This document shows positions 1 to 10,026 of a stretch of 64,000 nucleotides of DNA, in pieces. A program made the translations under genes and the position numbers. This DNA is from Strigamia acuminata (Eukaryota), in NCBI GenBank assembly GCA_949358305.1, contig OX442314.1, positions 8,618,001-8,682,000 of the forward strand. The letters are read 5' to 3'. Numbering within the stretch: position 1 is the first letter of the stretch; the number at the start of each line of letters is the position of its first letter. The notes beneath the pieces are model-generated. The model was not told where the DNA came from. It worked only from the letters and a program-made list of their open reading frames with translations, and searched no databases.

Positions 1-113
1 ATCGGATTTTCGTCGCTTTTATACGAATTTATCGGATTTTTGTCCGTTTTCGTCGCTTTATACGAATTTATCTGATTTTTGTCCATTTTCATTGGATTTT
101 TGTCGCTTTTATA
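1..113. repeat. Degenerate tandem minisatellite (ATCGGATTTTT/CGCTTTTATACGAATTT units), continuing at 1558-1761 and 2031-2180
   Basis: Recurrent 'cgcttttatacgaatttatcggattttt' units. The array resumes in register after the insertions at 114-1555 and 1762-2030. Confidence 0.85.
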
Positions 114-1555
114 CAACTCCTTGCCAAAAAAATGTCATATTCCTATTTTTTGAACTTTTAATATTTGAAATTTCTCAAACTATTTCTCATAAGTAAAAAT
201 GGTTTTAGGAGGAGAGAAAGGATTGTTATAGCTATCATTTCGTTACGTTTTTTGAAAAAAAATGAATAGTTGAAGAGAAAAAAATTAAAAACTCCAAAAA
301 AGTGACTATTTACAATATTTCTCATAACTTGTGAACAGAATGAGATAAAATTAAAAACTAAACAGATTTGAGACCGTCTATATCCCAGGAAACTTTTCTA
401 AATTGTATGTATGGGTCTCCAAAGCCCTAAAAAAAAGGCGTAATGGAGCTATGTAAAGGGATAGACAACAACTATTTTTCAAAAAATTGTGGCGAGCACA
501 ACTGTTGACGAATCAAAACGAAACTTTAGCATTGAAGCATTATTGTGTCGTACTATAACATGTTATAGTTATGACTTGATTCGTCAACAGTTGTGCTCGT
601 CACGATTTTTTGAAAAATAGTTGTTGTCTACCCTTTTACATAGCTCCATTACGTCTTTTATTGAGGGCTTTGGAGACCCATACATCCAATCCGATTCAGA
701 AAGGTTTCCTGGGATATAGACGGTCTCAAATCTGATTAGTTTTAGACTTCTAAACTCTATGTTTAGAAAGTCTCATGAAACGGTTCTTTCTGTCCGTCCG
801 TCCGTCCGTCCGTCCGTTGGCATCCATATCTCAAAATCTGTAGCAGGTGGAGACAAACGGATAACGGCAATAAATTCAGCGTACCTGAATTAGTATCCTC
901 GGAACTTTTCGCAATTTTCCGACCTCCGGTTGAATTAATAAACCGGTTTTAGTGCACTTTTAGCGGTGTATTCCATGAAAATTACGGAAATGACGTCATC
1001 ATGACGACGTCATTTCCGTAATTTTCATGGAATAGACTTGGGACAGACGGAAAACGGAAAACGAGAAACGGGAAATTATAACGACGGAAATGCGAAGCAT
1101 AGTGAAACGTTCGTTGTACGCGATTGGTTTACATCCCGGCGCCGGCGTATTGCGCGAATTTGGCGGCGTTCTGGGCGAAGAAGCTTTTGAAATTATAAAT
1201 TTGAATGATTTAATTGCGAAATTGGTTGTTTTGTGTCATTAATTTATTATTATTATTTTTTTAATTAGGGGCAGGGTTTAGAAGTCTCATGTGTAATGCT
1301 TCCCTGCATTACAAATCCCTGCTTGTTTAATTTTATCTCATTCTGTTCACAGGTTATGAGAAATATTGTAAATAGTCACTTTTTGGAGTTTTTAATTTTT
1401 TTCTCTTCAACTATTCATTTTTTTTCAAAAATAATAGCTCTAACAATCCTTTAAGTCCTCCTAAAACCATTTTTACTTATGAGAAATAGTTTCTAAGAAA
1501 TTTCAAATATTAAAAGTTCAAAAAATAGGAATATGACATTTTTGGCAAGGAGTTG
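114..1555. mobile_element. Palindromic non-autonomous DNA transposon (Tc1/mariner-type MITE) with TA target duplication
   Basis: Termini CAACTCCTTGCCAAAAA...TTTTTGGCAAGGAGTTG are flanked by TA (112-113, 1556-1557). 114-350 is inverted at 1328-1555, and 351-516 is inverted at 576-745. Confidence 0.8.
744..1327 (+). mobile_element. DINE-1/HINE-like non-autonomous Helentron inserted in the MITE arm
   Basis: Subterminal inverted repeats AGACTTCTAAAC (744) / GTTTAGAAGTCT (~1277), a (GTCC)n microsatellite at ~792-817, a 3' stem-loop TGTAATGC-ttccct-GCATTACA, insertion in a T-run, and an internal ~66-bp palindrome at ~969-1034. Confidence 0.7.
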
Positions 1556-1761
1556 TACGGATTTATCGGATTTTTCATCGCTTTTATACGAATTTATCGA
1601 ATTTTTGTTCGTTTTCATCGCTTTTATACGAATTTATCGGATTTTTGTTCGTTTTCATCCGATTATTATCTGTTTTCGTCGGATTTTCGTCGATTTTATA
1701 CGAAGTTATCGGATTTTTGTCCATTTTCATCCGATTATTATGTTTTTTATCTGTTTTTATC

Positions 1762-2030
1762 GATTAGCGTCATTTTAGCGACGCTCATTTTAGCGAAAAA
1801 GTCCCATTTTAGCGAACATGTCATTTTAGCGACACAAAAACCAAGGTTTTAGCAACGCTACACGATAAAAAAGTGGTTTTCATCAAAAAACCAGTAAGGT
1901 TAGGTTTGCGGAGGGTCAAGGGGGGGCGCAGCCCCCCCTTGTTAACCCTTTTTAAGAATTAAACCTACGTTTTTGTGTTGCTAAAATGACATGTTCGCTA
2001 AAATAAACGTCGCTAAAATGATGGAGATCC
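1762..2030. mobile_element. Short foldback MITE (repeated CATTTTAGCGA arms; AGGTTAGG and GGGGGGCGCAGCCCCCC core)
   Basis: Inverted arms (cattttagcgaacatgtcattttagcgacac / gtgttgctaaaatgacatgttcgctaaaat). GTTTTTATC flanks both sides, a possible 9-bp TSD that is ambiguous inside the satellite. Confidence 0.6.
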
Positions 2031-2199
2031 GTTTTTATCGGATTTTTATCTGTTTTTATCGGTTTTTTTATTCATTCTATTCGCTTTTTCAATTTTATTC
2101 ATTCACATCGGTTTTTTATTCATTCTCATCGGATTGTTATCTGTTTTTATCGGATTTTTATCAGTTTTTATTTATCCGTTAAACTTTTTTTTTAGTTTT

Positions 2200-3085
2200 T
2201 GTGCTGTTGCAGCTCGCATAACATTCCTCCAAGTAGTGTCGACATTAAGACGAGAAAGAGCACTGTACAACCCAGCGGCTCCAGAATCACTTGAAGAATT
2301 TTGGAATATGCTTCAACGGGAAGATGTCAAAGCTAAATTTTTGACAGGATTTGAACTTGCCTTATTAGAAGACCAAGATGGCCTGCAGCAAATTGTGTTT
2401 AAATCCATAAAAGTATCGGCGTTTATACAAAACCATGGGTACGAACAGTGAAAAACGTATCATATTGATGCAACTTTTAAAACATGTCCAAGACACTTCT
2501 ATCAATTCTGCAAGGTCCATCTCAACCATGAAAGACATGTAATTAACATTTTACATTTTTTTTCTCTCAATTATAATGTATTTTTTGATAGGCTTTTCCA
2601 GTCTTCTACTCACTCATGCCACCTAAAACTAAAAATAGCTATGCAAAGTTGTTCCAGCATGTACAACATGTCCTCCCCAACTGGTCACCTAACCTGATCA
2701 GTGATTTTGAGAGTGGGATACTCAGTGCAGTGAACCAGGAGCTACCAGTATCCCAACACAAAGGATGTTGGTTCCACTATTGCAAAGTAAATACAACGGA
2801 TTTGTTTTGATGACGGTTCAGCTTTTAAAAATTACTTTATTTCACCAGGCTTTGAGAATGCACATGCTCAAAAAAGTGCAACTTAGTGGATTGATTGCTG
2901 GCAACAATCAATTTGCAACGATAGTTAAAATGCTAAAACTGATGATAGTATTGGCATTGCTCCCCCAAGAGAAAATTGCTATTGGACTGGATGAAATTAA
3001 AGTTAGAAGACCTCCTATGGTATTTGATTGTTTTGATTACAGTATTTTATTTTCTACACAGACTGCATTTGCACCCAGAGCCGAC
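2200..3085 (+). pseudogene. Degenerate, intron-containing Mutator (MULE) transposase, distinct from the repeated cassette family
   Basis: Fragments HIDATFKTCPRHFYQ (DxTF), FPVFYSLMPPKTKNSYAKLF, LISDFESG and HKGCWFHYCK (CxxH) are joined by short GT-AG introns. There are stops/frameshifts and a 3' truncation. Confidence 0.75.
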
Positions 3086-3984
3086 AATTACAATAGAGCT
3101 ATTCAGCAACAAATAGATGACGTATAACTCACTCGTACGATGGCGGTGGCGGGAACTTCGGTGGCTTCTGGGACAGCGATGGTTCACGGCGACCAAGGAC
3201 TTCTCGTACGACGGCGATGGCGAGCGTTCGCGCGCTCACGATGGCGGTGGTTTACGAGAAGTCGGAACTTCTACTTCTGGATGGCGTAAATTAGCGGTTG
3301 CTAATTCACGCAAGGCGCAATCGGGTGCTGGCTTTGCACAATGGGCAAAGCAAGCAGAGGTCTCAAATACACAAACTGTAACACAATCAATACTAGCGAG
3401 ATTCTCGAGCGTAGCAGTGACAAGGTGTTGTTAGTTGTAGTGTATATTCAAGAGTGAGCCAAAATTGGGGTTCCAAGCTTGGCACACTTCTGAGTTGCAC
3501 AGAAAATCTGCTCAATTACTGTAGCTCAGTTTGGTGCAACAAAGGAATCTGTTGCACCAAAACGGTTAATTACCGTTCACCCCAGCCAATTTGGGGTGAA
3601 ATATGCTTGGGGAGTATTCTCCCCCAAGTCAGATGACATAGTCTGGCACACACCAGACTGTTGTAAAATAAAATAACACAATTTATCTTTTCAGTGGTGA
3701 TATTTATTTAATACATACAACAAAATAAAGTGAGATCACCACAAGATAAACATCAGACTCCCAAAATTACTTTACCTCATGCAATTGTTCACTATTTTAG
3801 CTCTTGTTAAACTTATCTCAACATAGAAAGTTTGACTAGTTTTTGGCCAAGTATGTTAATTACCATAATACTATAATGATTTAACATATTTTACACAGGT
3901 TGGCGTCGCGTGTAACGCGTCACAAATTAACAAAAGAAAGATTGAGTCAGAATACTCCGGTTTACATATTTGTAGTACAAATTA

Positions 3985-4165
3985 GAATTTATATATTTAT
4001 ATATACAAGTACAAATTTTGTACTTGTATACTGTATATAAATATATAAATTCTAATATTAAATATATAAATTCTAATATTAAATATATAAATTCTAATGT
4101 TAAATATATAAATTCTAATATTAAATATATAAATTCTAATGTTAAATATATAAATTTTAATATGT
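3985..4165. repeat. AT-rich ~21-bp tandem repeat (AAATATATAAATTCTAATATT)
   Basis: About six near-identical consecutive units. Confidence 0.85.
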
Positions 4166-4356
4166 AACAATCTATAATTTTATATAAACTTTATAATTAT
4201 TTACCTTCTAAAAATACTTTATTGCAGTCAAATCTATTCTCTAATTGATACTGTATTCATTTTAATTAATTGTAATATTAAAGTTAAGAGTGTCTAATAA
4301 ACACGATTGAATGCAATCAATTAGAGACCATTCAGATATGGCCATTAATAAATGTG

Positions 4357-4397
4357 TATATATAAACAGCTGCATCGCTACCACAGCACCGACATTC
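4357..4397 (+). promoter_or_regulatory. TATA box plus Inr-like site of defensin-like gene 1
   Basis: TATATATAAA at 4357-4366 and ACATTC about 30 nt downstream. The arrangement is conserved, inverted, at ~63810-63848. Confidence 0.55.
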
Positions 4398-4438
4398 AAC
4401 AAGAAAGTCTTCCATCGCTATTCGCTATACCGTTGAAA

Positions 4439-4668
4439 ATGAAATATCTAGTCCTCGTGTTAGTCTGTCTTATGCTGTGTGTTGGTAAGTTCTATTCTGG
4501 ATAAAATATTTTAGTTTTGTTTTAATATTTTATCTTTTATCTTTCTTATTAGGAATGGCATATGGCTGCGATGTTGAAGAAGATTGCAGAGCTGATTGTG
4601 CCCGTTATGATATAAAAAATATCAAAGGGGCCTGTTCGGACGTCAAAATTTGCGAATGTGGGTCGTAA
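4439..4668 (+). CDS. Secreted CSab defensin-like peptide, 53 aa (exons 4439-4484, 4553-4668)
   Basis: MKYLVLVLVCLMLCVG-MAYGCDVEEDCRADCARYDIKNIKGACSDVKICECGS*. It has a signal peptide, a phase-1 GTAAGT...TAG intron and six Cys with the CxxxC...CxC pattern. Confidence 0.8.
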
Positions 4669-4763
4669 AGAGAGGTGAAAAAATAACTTTAATACTAAAT
4701 GTGTCTATTTGGTTGGTTTGGTTTAACACCGAGATCTTTTTGGAGCGAAAAAGCATTAAATCA

Positions 4764-5549
4764 ATGGTTTTACCCATGGTGTTCTGCCTAATGGAGCATA
4801 CAACAAAAGCATCTTACCTCACGATGTTTCGAAAACTAAAAAACCTAATCCACGAAGAAATTGGTCAAGAATTTGAGCCCGATTTCTTCGTTAGCGATTA
4901 CGTGGACGACGCAATGAACGTCGCGCGGGAAGTTTTCTCTAAAACCCGAATGCACGGATGTTATTTCCATTTAGCGTCGAACATTTGGCGTCGCGTACAG
5001 CGCGAGGGTTTACGTAAAAAGTATTTGGGGGATGCCGAATTCAATTTACGGGTGAGACAGCTCTCTGCTTTGTCGTTTTTGCCGGTTGATAGAATCAAGG
5101 CCGCTTATGGGCTCTTAAAGCCACTTTTTGGTGACGATGCGGCTGGGTTGTTGGAGTGGTGGGAGGAGAATTATGTTTTTGGTAAGTTACGGAATGGAGT
5201 TCGAAGCAGACCGGAGTTTCCGCCGGAGTTGTGGAGTTCTTACGCGGTTATCGAGGCGAAACAACCACGGACAGCAAACGCTGTGAAGGGGTGGTTCTCT
5301 CGTTTCCGTATTTTAATTGAAGAGAAAGACGTTGGGCTTTTTCGCATGTTTGTTGCGTTGCAGCGAGAGCAAGGGGATACGGAATTTACTTGCGATACAT
5401 TGTATATAAATAAGCCATATAAAACCCCGCGAGAAAGACAAAAGGAATTGTGCTTGAAAAATCTGATGGGAGGAGAGAGAAGGAATGGAAGTGCTGGATT
5501 TCCTCCGGGAAATCGCCCTAAACAAGTAGTGCCATGTTGTTTAATTTAA
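4764..5549 (+). pseudogene. 5'-truncated MULE transposase-derived ORF (cassette copy 1), C-terminal frameshift
   Basis: LPMVFCLM, FVSDY, MHGCYFHL and PRTANAVKGWF; closely similar to 58802-59875. An extra G near 5468 shifts the C-terminus. Confidence 0.8.
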
Positions 5550-6149
5550 TTTGTTTTGATTCACCATTATTGATGTCTCAAATTTTCTATCTTTGTTTTA
5601 TTTTACATTTTTAAAAACGAAATATTTTCGCGGCATGGCAGCATATGGCTTGTGATAAGAAAACCTGTAGTTGCGGGTTTTAGTGACAGCCGACCGCTCG
5701 CTATCCCAGGTTTTCCCGTCACTGCAAGAATCACCCCGCACCATTTGCAGTTGACAATATCGTTTCCCGTTCGTCTTTTTGTCAGATTTGAGGTAGAATG
5801 TGTCCTTATTGAAATTACTATTTGTAAACATGATTTTAATTTGATTTATTTTTATTAGTTGGCTGATATAATCAGGGATTCCTGGTTAATACTGTCATAA
5901 GACAGGCTGAAGATAAACTCGGTCATCCAAGTTGAAATGTAATAAATTGAACTTATCTTTTAGAATACTCTCAGCAAAATTTTTTTATTTGAAAACCTAA
6001 TGTTTGACTTCTAATTCCAGAATGTTCATTTTCGATTGAGCGATAACCTACCATCAAAAAATCAGTGGTATAGTTTGCAAACGAAACATTTTCTGCACTC
6101 AGCACGGAGTCTCGTTATTTTTTTAATAAACAAAATAAAGAGAAACGAA

Positions 6150-6569
6150 ATGCGTTACAATTGCAATTTGTGTAATTATACAAGTTCACGTTATTCAAGT
6201 TTGAAGAACCACATGCTTATGCATACAGGTGAAAAGCCCTTCAAGTGCCAGGTGTGTTCAATGACTTTTAGAGCTAAAAGCACGTTAGTTGTCCACATGC
6301 GAACTCACACGGGAGAAAAACCATTCAATTGTCATTTATGTGCTTACTCCTGTATTGGAAGTGGGAATTTAAAACGACACGTAACAACCCATACTGGTGA
6401 AAAACCATTCAAGTGTCATTTATGTACTTATTCTTGCAATCAAAGTTGGAGTTTAAAATCACATTTATTAACCCATAGTGGAGAAAAACTATTCAAGTGT
6501 CATGTTTGTGCTTATTCCTGTACGAGAAAAGATGCTTTCAAAAAACATTTAACAAAGCATCTAAATTGA
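6150..6569 (+). CDS. C2H2 zinc-finger array protein, 5 fingers (copy 1)
   Basis: Five Cx2C-x12-Hx3H units with TGEKP linkers. The ATG used by the paralogs is ATA here, so the next ATG (6150) is taken as the start. Confidence 0.8.
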   Translation: MRYNCNLCNYTSSRYSSLKNHMLMHTGEKPFKCQVCSMTFRAKSTLVVHMRTHTGEKPFNCHLCAYSCIGSGNLKRHVTTHTGEKPFKCHLCTYSCNQSWSLKSHLLTHSGEKLFKCHVCAYSCTRKDAFKKHLTKHLN

Positions 6570-7999
6570 ATAATTCTCGCACCATGATCATAATTCTTTC
6601 ACCAAAAGCATCTTTTCACATTTATACTTATTTCTGCATTTAAAGTTAATATTTAAGTTTGTTTCAATCTATTTGGCCTCAAAACAAAACCAAATGTGAC
6701 TTTGTTATTCTTTTTTTATTTTATCTTTCGATTACTATATGGACATTTCGTTGATATTTAATTACATTTTGGAGATTGTATTCATTTGTAATTACACTTT
6801 GAGATTATCAGTACTTATTTAATGTTTTAAATTAAATTTTGAGAACAATTATAATGACATTTTGTTTGATAAATAAAAGTTGTGTTTTATTGAAACAAAC
6901 ATTTCATTCCTTTTTTCATTCATTTTAATCAGATACCAGTATATCTTATTAAACTATTTGAATTACAAGTAAAAAGAAAACAGCCAAGACAAAAAGTTTT
7001 ATTTTTAGTTACATTCAGCTTTAAAATACAATTTAGTTTGAAGATAATCACATCAATTTTAACTGTAAAAAGAAAAGAAAATTATTTTTTTTTTCAAATT
7101 AAAAATTGAAATTAGTTTCACTAACTAGCAAACACAAATATCTTCGCGACATCTTCCGCCACGTTTAGTCCCATCATGAGTTCAAATTATATTGCAATCA
7201 TTGTCACCACAGACGATGCCAGAAGTCATTGCTCCAAAAACGATGCAAAACCAATGACACTTATTAACAAATACCAATTAAATTAGAGAAAAGTTAACTT
7301 ACCAATCAAAGTGATGACATGAGATAGCACAAGATGAGAACAAGTTTCATCATTTTTTTGTAGATTCAAATTGCTGTACTAGTATTATAGTTGAATTGAA
7401 AGTTCGCCGCAAACCAATAGGAAAGCAGCTTCAGTTATGTTCTGCAACTCCGTTTTTCTTCTCTTTTTATACTTATGAGCACGTGCTGGATTGTGGGAAA
7501 AATCATTGCAATTTCAGATTTGGTTCTTTGGATAAGTAATTAGTAATTGTGAAATAAGCAATGCATCATAAAAATATTGCAATTAAGGAAAGAAATTAAC
7601 AATTTAAATAATAACAATATTACCAATACTACAATATTACAATATTAAATCTTCAATCACAAGTGAGAATAAGTTAATGGACTTCTAACAGAAAAAAAAA
7701 TTGGTGCAAAACTAAACCAACAGCACCCATTTAAAATCCTTCCAATTATACTAAACAACAATTATACTAAACAACAACTGGAATTAGAATATCGTCTGCG
7801 CACAATGGGATGCGCAGTACGAATCCCATTGTAACGATATTAAAAGACATAATTCTCACAAATAGTGACTTAATAATAATAACTTCACGAGATATTCGAT
7901 GACGTTATTGAAATAACAAAATTTACATCTCGCGCTACGACACGTTTATTCTCCATGCGCACGTCGACTGTCACGACCGAATAAAGCTCGAACATCAAG

Positions 8000-8960
8000 A
8001 TGTGGGAAGGCGAAAAGGAGAAATCCGGGTAAAATTTAACATTTAGAACCAGGAAATTGATCGGCATTTATTCATCAATCTATTTATTCGTTTAAAAGCA
8101 ATAAAAAACTCATCATCATCATCGTGATCCTCGTGCTTTGCTGTTTCTGCTGTTCACTCCTGGGCGCAGGAGCCGCATACGTGTTCGCCGGCGGAGGATC
8201 GTCTCGGGGACAAGGACCGTTCGAACCCGGAGGAATATTCGGAGGTTAGTCCGATCAAAAATTCCCCTCCAACATTTCGTTCGCGATGAAAACCAGCTCT
8301 CCTTATTGTTATTCCAGGAAAAGATTTACCACGGTGTAAACCGTTAAAAGCAAAGCCCAGTCCTCCAGACCCTGCACTGAATTTTGCAAGTACCACTTCT
8401 GATAAAATAGTGCAGAGTACCCATTACCAAGCCAGCTTCGTTTTATATCAACCGAAGTTTGCGCTAGATGGAGACGTTAAGACTTGCAGCCACACTTCCG
8501 AGACACCGGGAGAGAACGACGAGACCCCCTGGTGGCGGCTCGACATGGTAGACCAATACATCATTGCGAGCGTGTTTTACGAGGGAAGAGAAGACTGCTG
8601 CTGTGCGTTGGAATGCGCATGAATTGAATGATGTATTAACGAATTAATTGTCTATTTGCAGCGAACAGAGACAACGATATTCAAGTGAGAGTGGGCAATT
8701 ATGCTGAAGGGACGGGCAAACTTGCGCCTTTCAACCGCAATGGCTTGTGCGGTGAACATAGAGGGACTACGACGCAAGGTCAAAAACTCACTTTCACGTG
8801 TCCCAAAATGTTGTTTGGCCGATATTTGTCTGTACAGAAGGTTAAGAAGTGCGAAGACTGTAATAGTTTTGTTCTGACTATTTGCGAGCTGACGATAAAG
8901 GGACGTAAGAGGGTAGCGCCGCCACCGAAAGCTGGTGGGAAAAAGAAATTGATGATGTAA
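8000..8960 (+). CDS. F-type (fucose-binding) lectin with N-terminal membrane anchor, ~252 aa (exons 8000-8028, 8099-8244, 8318-8602, 8662-8960)
   Basis: All introns are GT-AG and phase-compatible. Motifs ALDG, CSHT, PWWRLDM, REDCCSNR (RxDx4R), VRVG, GRYLSV and LTICE; hydrophobic stretch LIIIIVILVLCCFCCSLLGAGAAYVF. Confidence 0.85.
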
Positions 8961-9158
8961 TCGTTTGGGCATCGAATTGTTGGGTTTAAGTTGTTTGTTG
9001 TGTTTATGTAATGAGAAAAATTAAAGTTTTTGTTTGGTTTGTGAAGAAAACGATGTGAAATAAGGATTTTCTTTCTGAGCAATATCATTATTTGATATGT
9101 AACAAATGTTGCACGTTTGCCACCACACGATGGCGCGCCAACAAGTACCAATAAAAGT

Positions 9159-9982
9159 TGTCGCGTCCTACTTTGTATAGGTTTAAATAGCGCTAACGTG
9201 TAATACTTTACCTGTGATCAATTATGCAAATACCCAAATGAATACCAAATGTATGTAAATAAACAGGTAATTTATTCACCAGGCTTTATGCCTTTAAAAT
9301 ACACTCAGTAATAATTCTAGAGTCGACGTGGTCAGCGTCGAACAAAGGATTTCTCAAGATGGCGTCGTCGATTCCGCGTGGTCGGCGGAACAAAGGCGGC
9401 GTCTCGAGTTGTCGTTAATTCGTCACGGATTCGTCTTCACGGACGCGGTGGAATGCTCTTTCGAGTCTTCTATCCGTGCCTGTTGTCTAGGGTTTGGTTT
9501 AGCGTCGCAGAGGCCTCGTCTAGGAACTTTGGGGTTCCCTACAAAGCACTCGGACACTTACTTCGGCGAATAATCGTCTGGGCGATTATTCTGGGTGATT
9601 TCACAAGGGCTATTCTCGTGCTTTCGCAGGAATAGCTCGCAAGTGACTTCGTGAGAGTTACAGTTTGCACTTTACTCAGCGATCCTCGATCAATCCTAAC
9701 TTGTAGTTGAAGTTGGCCTGACGGTGAGGTAGTTGCTGTGTTCTTGGTGTCGTTTGTGTAAGTTCTGACTTTAGGCGGGAAACACAGCCTTTTATGCAGT
9801 GGGGTGAAGGGCCGGCGATCAACCAATGGGGGCTGACCACCAGCCGCTTCCTCCCCCTCGGGGCACACACCTGCCATGGGGAGGTGGAGCCAACTCGGGG
9901 GGGGGGAACGACTCTTCAATCACAGTGACTCAGAGGACAAGTATCCACCCTGGGGGGACACTTATCCAACTGGGTCACCACA
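9159..9982 (-). repeat. Gypsy 3' LTR (824 bp)
   Basis: Direct repeat of 27098-27919. By eye it differs by two substitutions and a 2-bp G-run length. It is preceded on the minus strand by the PPT GGAGGAGGGACG (9983-9994). Confidence 0.95.
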
Positions 9983-10026
9983 CGTCCCTCCTCCAGCTTC
10001 GATCTCGGATCGGAGCGATCTCAATT

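Noticed and set aside
1533..2182. ORFs rich in F/I/R/Y (also 50541-50858, 60414-60728, 61597-61833, 62242-62470)
   Set aside because: They are translations of tandem or inverted repeats.
3085..3640. Possible solo LTR or other repeat truncating the first MULE (similar texture at 45475-46110)
   Set aside because: No second copy, TSD, PBS or coding motif is found in the window, so it cannot be supported.
4650..4763. N-terminal extension of the 299-aa MULE ORF
   Set aside because: It starts at a TTG inside the defensin-like exon and runs through its 3' UTR. MULE similarity begins only at ~4770.
5520..6150. Spliced MULE-zinc-finger fusion protein, or the recurring IGKLVIAGFSDSR...VRFE ORF as an effector domain
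   Set aside because: I could not build a stop-free exon chain. The recurring ORF lacks a consistent ATG and is broken in copy 2, so these are more likely non-coding leader exons. cDNA would be needed to exclude a fusion.
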